Position numbers and translations under genes: made by a program
Notes under the pieces: model-generated
The model's input: only the letters and a program-made list of their open reading frames with translations
The model's database searches: none
What the model was told of the DNA's origin: nothing
NCBI GenBank assembly: GCA_012295275.1
Contig: CM022665.1
Location: forward strand, 16,430,001 to 16,494,000
Reading direction: 5' to 3'
Source of the DNA: Chrysomallon squamiferum
Lineage: Eukaryota; Animalia; Mollusca
Length of the DNA: 64,000 nucleotides
Shown here: one piece after another, positions 1-15,165 of the stretch
Numbering within the stretch: the first letter of the stretch is position 1
How the letters are laid out: every line of letters starts with the position of its first letter

Positions 1-56
<56 letters not shown>
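1..56. repeat. (GA)n microsatellite
   Basis: Perfect dinucleotide run at the window start. Confidence 0.98.
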
Positions 57-58
<2 letters not shown>

Positions 59-551
59 TAAATGTAGATGTAATTACAATTACAGATATAGATAAAAGAT
101 AAATATTTGTATATAAATGCACACACAATAAATGTACTAAACGTTTACTGACAATTTCCCCTTTTTGTGACATTATCATACAGAGAGAAAGGTATAAAAT
201 AAATCTCTGACAGATTAAGATTTTTTCTGCTTTCAGGCTTTACAAATGTCACGATATCGTAAACAAACTTAAAATCGTAATAAAATAATTTGGGTTATTT
301 AAAACTGTAGTTAAATGTCTTTAAAATGTAATTCCATTATTCCATACAGTTTTCTCAGACCCTTTCAATCTAATTCTTAATTTATTTATTTATTTATTAT
401 TTTTCTTTATTTTAATGTTTTAGTATATTTTTCTTGCAAATTAATAATTCTTACTTTAAACGCTTATTTACTGAGCTATAAATATTAAAAAGTCATTAAT
501 ACATGATCTGGTTTATTTTAAAATTTAACAAAGAAAGTTTTCAAAACCCAC

Positions 552-651
552 CTGTCCATAGGCAAATATTGTACCATTATAGCCCTGTAGAACACTGGAA
601 AATAAATATTTGTTTTGAAAGGTATGTTATAAAATCATACCTTTTGTATTA

Positions 652-690
<39 letters not shown>

Positions 691-1600
691 ACACACAAAC
701 ACACACACACACAGTAACATTTACCATAAATAATTATCTTAGTTTGCATTTATATTATTGATAACATTTAACTGATATGACGAAAAAACTTAATATATTT
801 AAAGTAACATTTTTATCAAATGGAACAGCATTTTAAACTACGAAATATTAACAGTAATTTTATTTTATTATTGGACTTACTTGTCAATTACAGGCTGACC
901 TACACTATCAAATACCTCATCCTGTGTGGACTTCTGATCAAAAACCTTTTTGAATCTTAAAAAAAATAAAATTTTAAATTTAAAATAATAACAATAACAA
1001 TAACAATAATAATTAAAAAAAAATGCATTTCTAATTAAAGTGAGTAACATTAGTAAAGTTCAGTGTGAATATGGCTCTAACAATGCTTCTCCAAAAACTA
1101 GTGTAAATTGATTCCAAGAGCTGTTCTAAAATAAACAATCGCCGCTTGCTTTCTTTCTGTATAAGGCTTATAGCTGCTAATTGACAGAGTGATACCAATT
1201 TCACTCTTAGTGTTAGTTATTTCACAAAATAAACTGACCTAAATTTATAATTCTCCCTCTTGTTATTGACAAAGCCACTGGCCAGCTCTCTTGGAACTGT
1301 GATTGTAAGGCGGGGGCAACCATCATCATCTTCATCAAGTTCATACAGCTGTAATTAAAAATAAAATAAATACTATTAAAGACTTCTGCTATAAATCAAT
1401 AAAAAAATATTTACAGGTTTACAGATTTAAATATACTTTGTAATATCTGAATGAATTATTGAATCTGAAAGTTTATTTCTACGGTATGTGTCAAAAACCA
1501 AGTGACTAATAACTAATCATTAGACAAATGGGCGACTTACCCCGGTTCTTGCTTTAGTGGGCTTTATTCGAGCAAAAATCTGAATGGTTTGCTTGACCAT
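552..1600 (-). CDS. KIF6: Kinesin-9 family motor KIF6, 5' part (gene continues beyond the left edge)
   Basis: Minus-strand GT-AG exons 1541-1600, 1239-1348, 881-955, 552-594 with matching phases translate to MVKQTIQIFARIKPTKARTG-LYELDEDDDGCPRLTITVPRELASGFVNNKRENYKFR-FKKVFDQKSTQDEVFDSVGQPVIDN-VLQGYNGTIFAYGQ. This matches the KIF6 N-terminus (MVKQTIQIFAR...GFVNNKRE.YKF) and the GYNGTIFAYGQ motif before the P-loop. Confidence 0.96.
655..713. repeat. (CA)n microsatellite
   Basis: Near-perfect run in a KIF6 intron. Confidence 0.95.
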
Positions 1601-2400
1601 CTTATTTTTTGGATTTTTGTTTGTGATAATACTCACACAAAAATAATTAAAATATTTAACAGCGATGAACACATGCAAAGTTTCGACAGTGCAACACCAG
1701 ATTGTTTACATCGTTGTCCTCCATGTTGCCTGCTATGTGCAACGCCGGTGTAAAAACTGCTTAACTTGTGATTGGTCAAAAATATATTATACTATTAATA
1801 GTTATCGAGGAAAGCGTGAGTGACAACTGTGTTTAGAACTGTGGTGGGTGACAGGCGGTGGAATAAAATGCCCATGCTTAGCTGCCGCGATAGGATAAAT
1901 AAGATTCTATGCACGGATATTCAAGGTACTGTTTATTTTGATTTTAGGAGTAATTTTTGGTTTGAATTATACACATTTATTTAATATTATTGATATTTTT
2001 TTAATAAAAATAAAAATGCGCGAGCGTCTGCATTAACATAATAAAATTAATATTATAGTTGATCAGACGACAGTTCCTGACCACCTGCCGGTATCATTGG
2101 AAGAAAAATCGAATATTGGACAGTTTAAAAATGCTGATCGTTTTCTGAAGCATCAAATGTTATATTATGAGCAGAAAATAACAATTTATAAATAAATAAA
2201 ATTAGTTTTGTGTTTGGTAGCATTTTGTGTTTTATCTAAAAGTGTTTAGTTCAAAGCGTCAATATTACATCAAAAGCAGCAACGCGCATACGACGGTAGA
2301 AATTATTCTGGGTTTTGCGTTCCAATTTATTGATGTCTTTGTACTATGAATCATCTCGAATAGCAAGACCGATGAAAGAGTTACTTAAAAATAATTTGTT
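1601..2400. promoter_or_regulatory. CpG-rich divergent promoter between KIF6 and the probable first non-coding exon of DAAM
   Basis: CpG is common here but nearly absent in the following introns. TGTTTAC (forkhead) at 1703-1709, GTTGCC/GCAAC (RFX half-sites) at 1725-1743, ATTGG (CCAAT box) at 1771-1775, plus-strand donor AAG|GTACTG after 1925. Confidence 0.65.
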
Positions 2401-5111
2401 TTAATGTAAAAACTTTCTTATGAGAAATGTATGTGTGCGCGTATGTGTTAATTTTCAATTTATGTCCTGCATACATAATAACATGATGGTAATCCTTTTA
2501 CTTAAAAAAAAAAATAATAATAATAATAATAATAATAATATCAATATCAATAATAACAATAAAAAAAAAAAAAAAAAAAAATTGAATCTTTTAAATTTCA
2601 CCTCCTTTTCATATTAAAAAATAAAATAAAAATATGATATGGGTAGGTATTATAATGCATGTATAAACTGGACTGAGTAACCAACAAAAAACAAAAAATG
2701 TACATATTGCAATATAGAGCAAATGCATAGGTATACAGTTAATTCATCCAGTAAAAATTATAGTCATTGGTAAAACAAGAATATAGTGAATATCAGTAAC
2801 AAATAAGAATATTCCCCACTCCACTACAATTCCACAACTGGCATATTAATGACTTTAATAATATGTATTGCTTTATTTGTGGAAATGTGCACATTAAAGA
2901 TCCCTTTTTTATAATAAATATGTCTTAGTTGTTCCCTTAAACAGAAAAACAATCAAATTGTTTAAACTGGACTACCTCCCCCCCCCCTACACATACACAC
3001 ACACACCAATAAGATGTGCTCGGTAGTTTATCTGCTGTCAGAGGTGTAAGAATTTTACAAAAGCATTGTGTTGGAAGAACAGCTGGTTTGTAATAACACA
3101 GAACCAATCATCCAAAACATTGTTTGTTCTCCAGGGCTGGTGTTGATTTAGGTAATTACAGGTAAATTCCTGGTACCTTTTTCTCTCAGACATGTGTTAA
3201 GTGCAGTTTCTTTTTCACTTTATCCACATTTGCTGAACATTCTTTGTAAAAGGTAAGGTTACCCAAACAAGTCCTTTATTTTCTGCTTTTTTTGTTTTTC
3301 TTTTAACACAACAAGATGATATATTTTTTAACAGTAATAATTATTTGTCTTGTACATTTTCAACAAGGCTAAAATTAGATTTTTATTGTCTTTCAACAGC
3401 CTTGATTTATTATTTAAATCTTTTCAAAGCTGTATTGTCCATGAACATTAATGTTCAAAGACAGACAAAAAAAATAAATAATAATAATAATTAAAAAAAT
3501 TAAAATCAGTGCCTAAGAAAGATAAAAACATTTAAAAGGCTCTATAATATATAGATATATATATTACTATTATTATTATTATTATTATTATTTTTTTTTT
3601 GAATTTTGTTTTCTGTTGTCAAAACTATTTTCAATATAATTTTCACCAGTCAAATACTTATATATGTCTAAAAATATTTTATTATTGTTACAAAACTGAG
3701 GCCTTGCAGAAGCCCTCCAGTTAGCTTGTAATTGAGTTATCTGGTTAGCAGGTGGTGTAATATAAATTATTACTGAACATACAAGTGTTTGTGTAATGGT
3801 TTCATCAACAGCACAATAATGTTTATATTGGCCAAGTGTTTAGTAATAAACATATAGAAAGAATGTATGTTACTTAGCTTCTGCTTCTTTTTTCAGACGT
3901 CCACATTGACTTTTTTTTTTTTTTTTTTTTTTTTTTATAAAAACTGTTTTGTACCCTGATACATTTGTGTGTGAATTATTTCTTGGCTTTATTGTAAGGT
4001 GTTTTTTTGTTTGTTTTTTTGGTTTAAGGTTTTATGTAAAGATTTGTTCTAATTAGTTTGCTTATGTTTAATATAATTAAAACAGAATCTCTATTACTAG
4101 AGGTTTATTTTAATAGTAAATGAAGTATATGAGATTGATTATTTTTAATTTTTATATACATATGTAAAAAACATTATATATTTATTTAATTACATTTATT
4201 CACAGAGATAATTTTTCCTTAATAAAATTCAGTTTGTAATTTCTGTCTTTTTTTTTCTTCTTTTTCTTTTTGAGGTGTTTATAGTAGTTCATAGATAATA
4301 ATTTCAAAAAATCAAAAATAAAACAAAAATCAAACAAACAATAAACAACAGTATAACGAATTGGAAATTCTATTCCCATAAACAAAGACAAGATAGCGGG
4401 TTTTGGGGGGGGGTCTTTCTTTTCTAATATATTCCAAATTTGATTATTCTTGGCTAATAACATCTCAAAACATTTTAATAATTAACTATATGACAGAAAT
4501 TACAACATCATTTTCCCTTATGTCAGGAAAAGCACATAAAATGGCCAGTAATAACCCTATGGGACACTGGTTAAAACAGAAAGTAGCACCATGAATGATT
4601 GATCCAGTGCCCCATTACTCTCCAAGCAATTTTAAAAGTATAATAAAATTTATTGTGTCATATATGCATATTGATGAAACCATTATTTACTATTAATTAT
4701 AATGATGCTCAATATTTCCATCATTGCTACTGTTATACAGTTGTGTTTTAGTACATGAATACATAACACAAGTGACAAATACCATACTATTAACAGTCAT
4801 TAACATAATTTTGAAACTGACATATTCATAAGTCATTTCATCCATGTGTGTTTATCTGACATAAGGATGTTTTTATTACATGTTGAAATAAGGAAATTAA
4901 TGATTATGCTTTAGGGTGATTTCCCTGGAGAAGTTAAGTGACTTTTGTGTTGATTGAATTGCAGCTTATAAATTTCTTTGTTGTTAATTTCTGAAGTTTT
5001 TAAATAACCATCACCTTAATGTTTGTGTGTGTGTATGTGCATACAAGGTCATTGTTGTGCAATGATAGAACTGATCTCTAGCTGATACAATATACTTTAA
5101 TAGTTTCTTTC

Positions 5112-5149
<38 letters not shown>

Positions 5150-8100
5150 GTTGTTATTTGTATATACATCTTTGTTTGCATAAAGAATCTGAACAGGCAC
5201 AAAAAATATATATTTTTACAGAAAGTCAAAACAAATATAAGTGCTAATAGAAACTGCATACACATAAATGAAAAGAAAATCAGTATTACTTGCTGTTTTT
5301 ATACCCAATTTTGTTTAGTGGCCTTATCCACCATCAGAAAACAGGGAGAAAAAAGTGCTATCTTTAATATAGTCACCACTGATTCATATTTCTATTTACA
5401 GTATTATGAATAAACTTAAATCTTCATAATTAGTTAGTTATTCTGGCACTCCCCTAAAAGCAACATCTGGTTGTGAACTTGTACTTGGGCACATTTTCCC
5501 TAATTTTTCTAATTCTCCATTAAAAATAATTTACAGGTTTTTCAGTGCATCTAAAATAGCCATTGTTGTTCATCTCAGATAAAGGAAAAAAAGAAAGTAC
5601 ATCTTCTCACTATGGACATAAATAGAATATTTTCACCAACAGGCCATGTATTTGTTAAATTGTAATTTTAACCATTAAATTGAATGTTTCAGTTTCTAAT
5701 ATTGGATGTTTCCTCATACTTTACATGCCCACAATGAGAAAAAGGATCATACACAAGTATATGTTAATTTATATAAAAATACACGCTCAAGCACATACAA
5801 TACCAATCTACATAAAACAGATATTCATATAAATATAACAGCAAATATTCACACTTTTTTTCTTCAACATACCTACTAACAGACACACACACACACACAC
5901 AAACACACAAGCACAAGAACAGATATAGACACACACACACATGCAGTTAGACAAACATTGGTCTGATAACTATTGTAAATATGTTATAAAATCATATTGA
6001 AAGTACTCTGATAACATGTATCTTAAATCAATCTTATTCTGATGCCTACATCCAGAATTCCTTAACCCCATTCATATAAAAACATGCAGTTATTTCTGTC
6101 AATATATATATTACTATGAATATAACCTAGTAATAAAACATACATTCTAGCAGTTATAAAGATGGAAAAAACTCCTGCATTCTTTTCATTTTTAACCAAA
6201 AGGATAAATATGGAATTGGAGATATGAATTTGGGATGAAAAACCTTTGCATATTTTTGTTCATATTTATTTCACATGTATTAGATTTTGTTTTGACCTTT
6301 GTCCATGGTTATGTTTTCTCTTCCATTGTTCTGTAACTCTCTGATGCAAGTTTTGATCTTCTCTTTGATATTGTTACATAGGAAAGGAACTAATTTTTTA
6401 TTATGTTTCTTGTAATTACAGCATCTGTGGTGCAGTGGTTAAGCCATCATGTACATTAAGATTAAGAATAATGATATTTTTAGTTAACCATATTAATTAA
6501 TTTATTTAGTTAGTTAGGGATTTATTTATTGACTCAGTCTTTTAAGAATTTTGAAACTGTAGATATCAGAGTTCTATAAAGAATGATGACATTATATACA
6601 TATAGATTTTCAGCTGTAGATACAGAAACTGTTATATTTCAAACTACATGCAAAATATATTGAACTGGACCAAAAAGAGCTGAATCAGACCAAAGCAAAA
6701 CTTACAGCACTCTGTATTTATTTAAAACATGTATCCATGAATTCAAAGCAGATTTCTCACCCAAACTTAGTGCTAGCAACACCTAATATTTAATGATAAA
6801 AGTTCATTTCTTTATGATCAGCTTCCAACAGTACTATCAGAAAACATTAACTGAGATGGTAAAAGATCAAACTCTAATTCTCTCATTAGATTAACTAGTA
6901 AATGAATGTATGTTTGTAATAAATAAACATTTACAATAATGGTAATTCTAAAGTCTGTATTTTGGTCTGTATTTTGGTCTGATTTGGTCTTTTTTTTTTC
7001 CATCTGATTAGGAATTATTTTGCATCAAGTATTGATGGGTTTCTTTTTGTTTTTATTATTATAATAATTTTTGGTTTTTTTAATTATATTTTAGTTCTTA
7101 AATTAATAATGAAGAAATTTTAAATTAATATATATATAATCATTGTTCTTGGGGGACTGTAAGAATATGAAAGAAAAGAAGCAGGCATGGTAACCTTTTC
7201 CTGAATGCATTTGAGAAATGGCAGCCTCAGGTTAACAAATACTATCCAAGGGTGTGTTTCATCTTTTCCCATTTGTGAAACAAGCAGGCTGCAGATGGAT
7301 AATTCCTGACAGGGCAGCAAACATTCACATACACATTATGTATAGAGCAATTTATAAATGGCAGATCCTGGGTTTCAGAAATGGGGGTGGGGAATATTAG
7401 TGATTGATATTGTAAAATAAACATAATAAAGACTGGTGCAGAAAGTGAAAGTGTGTGAATATGATAGGTGCATATCTAGATTTGCACATGGTGTTTATAT
7501 GAGTATAAAAATTTCCACATGAGGACTGTGCAGTTTTCTTCTTTGAATGATTGATATTCTGTTATACCCACAAATGCATGTAAAAACAAAGACAAGAAGC
7601 AAACACCTCCACCTTGACAAATAGAAAACACATTGTCTGTTAAATATTTGAACTTTAACTTGCAATCCTGAACTCTTTAATGTGTGTCTAAGACAGTAAC
7701 AGCTGAAAAATGGGCTTTTTCAGACTCCTCAGCTATTGATTGTATAAAGGTATGTGTCACAGTTTTCTTTTAATGATGAAGAACTGTTGTTTCAGTAGGA
7801 TGCTAGAATTTGTCAGAATGAGATAAATATTTTAAAAACAATTGTAATAATTTATTCTTTTTTCACTGACTGTTATTTGGATGAGATTTTTTTGCTTTAT
7901 CAAACCTAATTTGAGTAAATACTACAAAGAATAAAGAAACAACTATTAAAAATTCCATCCATATTAGTTTCATTTGTTATAAAATGGTATTAATTTTTAG
8001 CCCATGATATAACATCACAATTTTTCAGATACTGATAGAGATGATGTAATGTATTTCTTATTCTGCTTTTTGTACAAAACATGAATAGTTAATATTTTAA

Positions 8101-11100
8101 ATACTGATTAATAAGATATAAGAAATGTTTATGCATAAATAAATCAATAGGATATTTCAGCCATTAAATTAAAAAAAAAAAAAAATTTATGAAACAAAAT
8201 GGAAACAGTTATTTTAGCATTTTAAGGCTTTCACAAATCTGCATACACTCTGATAAATGCACACATGGACACTTACACAAATACACTAATAAAGGTTTGT
8301 GTATGTATGTGTATCAGCATGTACATTTCTATTACAAATATTATTAATAATAAATAATTTTAGTGTTTTTATTCAGCTTTGATACACTTTTTATCCCTTG
8401 TGATAAACAAAGCTGTCAAAAAGAAAATCTCTTTCAAACTTGTAGTTCATACAATATGAACCTGTTTCGGACAATTTTTTCTTAAAAAGTATCTCCACGG
8501 TATGGTGATCAACCACAACATAGTTATTATGAACCATCAATTGAGTGGCATGATGCCCACATACCTCTTAACAATAACAAGGAAACTGAATGCTATGTAA
8601 AAAAAACCACATCCTCCACATCTCATGGATTGTGTGTCTCTTTTGTTGACATGGTGTGTGCAAGCCACGGGTCCCCATTTAACACAAGACGACTAGTTTT
8701 TCTTACTGCCCATTTAAGAGTAGGTCTTGACACACATGGATATGTACATATGTATGTATCTATACCACAGTGATTGTTTCTTCAAGGAGTTGGTGTTTTC
8801 TATGCCCAAATGTTGTTGCTGCTGCTGCTGCTGTACTGTTGTTGAAATGATGTGTATATGTAGATTTTGACACATTGCTGTTGTTGTTGAAGTTGTTTTC
8901 TGACAGAATAGGGTTATTTTGATAGTGGTTTCTTTTTATTGTTGTTTTTTAATTCAAAGATAAAGTTGTGAGACAGGACATAGGTCTGTTAAGTACAACA
9001 TACTTTTTATCTCTTGTTGTTTGTTTTTTCTGCTGTTTAGATTGATGACTGATACAGGTAAAACAACTTCAGGGCTGTATTCTGAGAGTTCAAGACCAGG
9101 TAAACAAAATACATATAATTTTATTCTTTATTTTTTTTTTTTCTGTGTATGATAAAATTACATACTGTTTTATAAATTTGTTCTCTCTCCATGAATATTA
9201 ACTGTCAAAATAATGTACAAGAATGATTAAAATGATTATAATAATTTGTTCTTTCTACTAAGACTGTTTTATTATTATTTTTAATGACTTGTTTGTTAAC
9301 TTCCTTTCAGTTTTATATGTTTGTTAAATTATCTCATTTTCTGACAATGAAGTGGTATTAAAGTTTTTGATGTGATTTTTGCTTGCTGAATATATTACTT
9401 ATCTGAATTTGACACCCTTTGTGCATTATGCTTTATCTGGTTATAAATAGTCATCTAATTAATTAAGGGCAAGAACATCAAGTCCATTTTATTAAAATGT
9501 GTATCTTTATTAGTTCTTACATGAAGAAAATTTCATAAATATGTTAATACAAATTTAAACTGAAGATCCAATTACACAAATGGCCTAAATGTCTAAATGT
9601 CCATTTTCTTTTTTTCCCTATAATTAACCATACTTTATTTTATCATTATACAAATATATATTTTAAATTAGTTTCTAAGGCAAGCATAATTTAATGTGTC
9701 TGTATGCAATCTATGATGCTTATAAATATCTTAGTTTGCTATTCATACATGTGTATATAAACTTTTATATTGTATTTTGACTGCATTTTAATTTGTAATT
9801 TATATCCATGTCTCTTTGCATCCTGGCTTAATTACGTTATTGATGAAATACATATTATATTTTCATTATGTTTAGTTTTCGTATCTTTAGACATAATTTT
9901 GAATCTTTATCTGAAGCACTAATGTGTACAAGGTGGGTGGTAACAAAGAAATTGTATATATCATATGCTTGACATAAATTTTACAAAATAATTTACATAC
10001 ATTTGCACAAAGTACTTATTGATATCAGGCCTATTCAGATTCCCTTAATACCAGAAAAATATACCCTGTGATGTATTCTGAATACTAAAAGAAAAATAAG
10101 TTGTTAAAAAAAGAGATTATGTGATGTGCTCTGGTGTAGTGCCACACCAAGGAAAATGAATATGTTAAAAAAAGCTGTATTTTATCAGGTTTCTCCATAG
10201 AATATTTTAAATTATGTATTTATTTGAAGTTTCATATATATGTGTTTTGATGTACATTATTAGTGGAATTCAGCAGTATGTTTAACTAAATCTTGGTTGT
10301 TTGTATGTGTGTAATATAGTTTTACAAATGAGCTGTAAGTATACGCCATGTATATATGTATGTGGGTGTGTTTATAATGTGTGTGTGTGTATGTTGAGAA
10401 TGCATCTGTAAAGTATGTGTGTAAGTAATTAGTTGATCTTCAGTTAAAGTTTAAATAATTATTTGTTGTGCTTTTTTCTTTATCTTAACAGCTTAGAGAC
10501 ACAGAACAAAAAGTGGTGTTAGTATGAAAGAAAAACAAATTAATATATTTATTTTTATTGCTTCTCAATAGTATTAATTCCAGTTTACAATTAAAGACAC
10601 CCTAATAATTAAATACATTATGAAATCTAAAATATAAGCCAAACACCTAAATGATTTTATTGTGTTTTAATCCTTTTTTTCAGAATAAAATTTAGTTATA
10701 ATTATTTTTAATGTTTTATCAGTGTTTTTGAAAAACTTCCAAATTTTAAAATCTCTTAATACTAGTTAAACTGGTTTCTAAATGAAGTTCATCTGTACTG
10801 TGTCACATAACTGGTTTGTATTTTGTGTGCGTCAGAACCAGATGATATTTTATATTAGTAACCTTTAGGAAGACTTCATGCTTTGTTAAAAGAGAAATTT
10901 ATCTTAATTTGGAACAGGTTTCATGCAACCTCAAACATCTGGCAAGCTTGATGGAAACAAAATGCAGCATGACATCATCAGAGCTTTTTTTCACCTCAAA
11001 GCTTTAATTATTTTTGTTATTGTTTTATTAGAAGCCCAAAGTTAATGAATTGGAAGTATAAAACTGAAATATAAATTTGGACAAGGTATTTTAAAGTCTG

Positions 11101-14100
11101 ATATATCTGGTAAAAAAAAAAAAAAATAATAATAATAAAAAAATAATAAAAAATGCTATGACATAATTATACTAATATTAATTATTAATGTTTCTGTCTA
11201 TGAAATCTATAAATGTATATTATATAGTTATAACTAAAGAATTAAATATTATTATTACTAAATTTAAATGTGTAATAATAATCATATGTAGTCTGTTCTG
11301 GTAATTGAACTCTAACTCTGAGAATGAAAATGTAACAGGCTGTTGCTTTTAGGTGTACTGCACTATCACTTACAGAGAAATACTCAGTTGAGATGCTTTG
11401 ATGATTTAATATATTAATAAACAAATAATTGTTTTATTTTAATATATTTGGTCTTTCACTAAGTTACCACTTATACTGTTACCTGCAATACAAAGTAAAT
11501 TAAGTGATGCTTAATGTGTTTCATGAAAAAAACAAAATGTTAATAAATAAATCAGAAATATTTGATTATATAATGACATAATGACATATATAATTATGAG
11601 TAAATATTTGGGAATACCTCCACTGATTTTACTATTAATGTATGTATGTGTATGTCTTTACACACACACACACACACATACACATAATGAAAGTAGGTAT
11701 GATGTAGATAAAACCTACTACCTAGTAACAAGGGTGCTTTATCATATACATGGTGACATACCATAGCCTTTGATGCCTAAGTAATGTGGCACTGGCTAGA
11801 CTGAAGAAAATGGCTTATTGGCAGACCAATGAAGATTCATTCTTCAAGCATCTCCCGCTCTTCCTAAGGTGATTGCTTTTATATTAATAAAACATGTCAG
11901 TATACAATTCATTCAAGAGTTATTTTAGGTACTGGTTTAAAGATTGGTAATGATACCAAATTTAGAAACCAAATTTCATCTTTCCCACTGAGATTTTCTC
12001 TTCAAATAATTATTTCCTGTTTCAAGTGTGTGTTCTATAATGGATCCCTAAGAGGTGAAACAAAGTTATAATACTCTGTAAGACAATCCTTTGTAATCAA
12101 ATTTCAGTGTAATAGGATGAATTAACCAATGTGTTTATAATGAATAAATAAAAACTATATATAACACAGTAATTGCTCAAACCTCGTTAAAATCGTACAT
12201 TAAATAGACATGTTTAAATATCTGTCACAATAATAACTAGATTTCAGTAGCTTTAGGAACTGACATGAGCTAACACAAAGCATGTCAGGGTATTACCTGT
12301 GAATGTCTGTGGCTACTTGTGAACTTTTTAAATACTGACTGAGTAAACTGATGGTATTTGTTGGCTTGTGTTGGTAATACTTGATGGCAAACAGTTTGTC
12401 TAAGATTTGTTGAAAGCTAAACAAACTCAAAATGTTGATGGGAATATGTAACAATGATTTAATATTTGTATGCTCAAGTATTCTGCAGCCAGATAGTATA
12501 TATAAATCATAAGAGTAGTTGTTTGTAATTGTTGAAAAGGTTATTTATGTGTATTTTAGATTACTGTTCACCAGTAGATTTGGAAAATAATGCAAGAGAG
12601 ACAGTTTTACAGTTAGTTTTTAATTGTTTTTGAGTTCTATTACAGAAGCAGATATAAATACTAATTGTTTGATTAATATCTCTGTAAAATGAACCTGACT
12701 GGTGAATAATGCATATTGAACACTTGCAAAAAAACCTGGAGGTAATAGAACTGCAAATACATTTACAGATACAGAAATGAGTATTTTGTTAGATGCATAC
12801 TATGAGAAGAGCTGACTGAAATGGAGTGAGAGAATGCATGACAGTGAGAAAGAAAGAGCAAAATATTTAACAGACAGGGAATATCAGAATAAAAAGTACT
12901 AGATTAACAAAAACAAAAACAAAAAGTTGTTAACAAGGTAATTAAGAAAAATGTCTTTGTTTTAACTTAAACAATGTTTATTTTGACATCAAACAATCAG
13001 GAAAAAGGATATGTAATTGTATATGTACACTTAAACTTTACTTGCCGGCTTACAGAAAGCTTTTCATCGCTGAACTGTGTCCAAGTGAAAACAGCACTTA
13101 ACTCAAACAACCAGTATCAAACAGGTGCAAGATAGTGCTGTAACACATTGCAGTATTTTCATTAATAAAGATATTTCACCTTCCCATTTTCCCCAATAAA
13201 ACAGTAGTAGTAGTAGTAGTAAAAATAATAATAAAAATATATATATTTTTTTTTTTTTTTTTTTTTCTTAACATGAAAACTGATAAACCCATAATGCCAG
13301 AATATGTTTTTCAGTTAATATTTAATTGGATGCAGAATTTAGTGCCACAGTTTGGAATGTTCAGAGAAAAGCTATATCATGGATGAAGTGTATTGATTGG
13401 AGATAGTCACTGTTTAATGTAAAGAAATCCTTTGGCTTGTGTGTTGTGGTTAATGTTTATCATTGGCTAACAAACATCTGCTGTGTGTTCAGGTTGCAGT
13501 CACTGTTTGCATTGCCAGCTGAAAGAGATTATCATTGTGCATAGTCCTTACACTGATTATGATCATCATCATTAAAATGATCACACTGATTACTGTAGTA
13601 ATAATAAGGATGTTGATTATATAATTGTGATGATGAGTATGATTATATTTTAATGGTGATAGGATGATTATGGTGGTAATAAATACAACTAAATGTTAAC
13701 AGTGAACACAGTGATAGATGTTGATAATGATTATATTTTAATGATTATGTTAATAACAATAGTGATGATAAAACCAATTTGTGAATATTAATGAAATGTT
13801 GATTATAATAATTATATTATGTTTTTTTATAAAAACAAATTGCATTAATTAATATTGTAAACTATCAGAACATAAATTTAGCATTATATCATGAGGTTCA
13901 TGTGGTTATCAGAGTGTTTTAGTGAGTGAGTGACTGAGTTAAAGTTAACTTGAAAAACATTTTCCAGTTACAACAGTATTAAAAAGCTGTCTAAAACTGA
14001 CAGAGTAGCTTTATTTTGTCAAATAGAACTTTTATCTTTGTATGGAAATGCTTTCCATTGACACATACTTACACCTTATCTCTCTCATCATCATTTGCAT

Positions 14101-14663
14101 TTGTATCTTCAAAGGATAGGGTTTTTCACCTTTGATGATTTCCATAGGTGCACCTATACGTGATCTTGGTGTCAATTTGTTTTTTCTTTTTTTTTCTTTT
14201 CTTTTCTTTTCTCTCCTTTCCTTTTGCTGTTTGTTGAATGAGTTTGCTCTGAATCCTTTTGCATGCTGACTAATCACAAAGAACTGAGATTTATTGGATT
14301 TTCTGTGATTTGTCTCTTTATTGTCAGTTTGGGACAGGATACTAAATGTTTCTGATGGGTTGAAGATATTTTCTATTCTGGCAGTAATGTACTTTCTAAA
14401 CTCACAAAAATTACTCATTTTGTTAGCCTTTATACAAAGATGCTACAAGCACCTGTACATATATACAACAAATATATGCACATACAAATACAGGCAGACA
14501 CCCTAAGTACATATTATGATATTAATGATGAATATGTTAATATGTTTATTGACTTGACAAAAACAATAAAATGTAACAAATATCACATACGTACACATAC
14601 ACACCACACAAACACATCCACAGAGAAACACAAATATACAAGATATATTTGTTCATTAAACAA

Positions 14664-14699
<36 letters not shown>

Positions 14700-14738
14700 T
14701 CCTAATACATATACACAAGCAAATACTTTGAACTTAAA

Positions 14739-14769
<31 letters not shown>

Positions 14770-15017
14770 AATTCTGCATTCTTTTACAAAAAGACACAAT
14801 GTGATAGAAATATCTGAAATGCATCCTGATTCAGCAACCTCATTTCCTTCCTTTTCAAAGAGAAGTTGTGTCAGAGTTGATCAACTAATGAATTAATGAT
14901 GTGTGCCACCAGGAACCTTTTGTACTGAATTACTTCCTGGTGTCTGCATAATCAACTGCTTTCACCACATTGCTTGATTATTTTTTAATACTGTATACAG
15001 AATGACTCAAGTTTATT

Positions 15018-15069
<52 letters not shown>

Positions 15070-15134
15070 AACTGGATAATTAGCAAAACATCACTGTCAT
15101 GCTGACATGTACAACTACAAACAATATGATTTTA

Positions 15135-15163
<29 letters not shown>
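15018..15163. repeat. (TG)n and (TACA)n microsatellites
   Basis: (TG)n at about 15018-15068 and (TACA)n at about 15134-15163. Confidence 0.9.

Positions 15164-15165
<2 letters not shown>

Noticed and set aside
6420-6460. tRNA-like start (gtggtgcagtggttaagcc)
   Set aside because: No anticodon arm, T-arm or B-box; at most a decayed SINE head.
8810-8895. (CTG)/(TTG) run suggesting a nested minus-strand poly-Gln gene
   Set aside because: Short run with no long ORF or exon context; treated as a simple repeat.
14032-14817. ORFs of 128 and 125 aa in the DAAM leader
   Set aside because: Built from poly-A/T and (CA)n runs; no domain or splice context.
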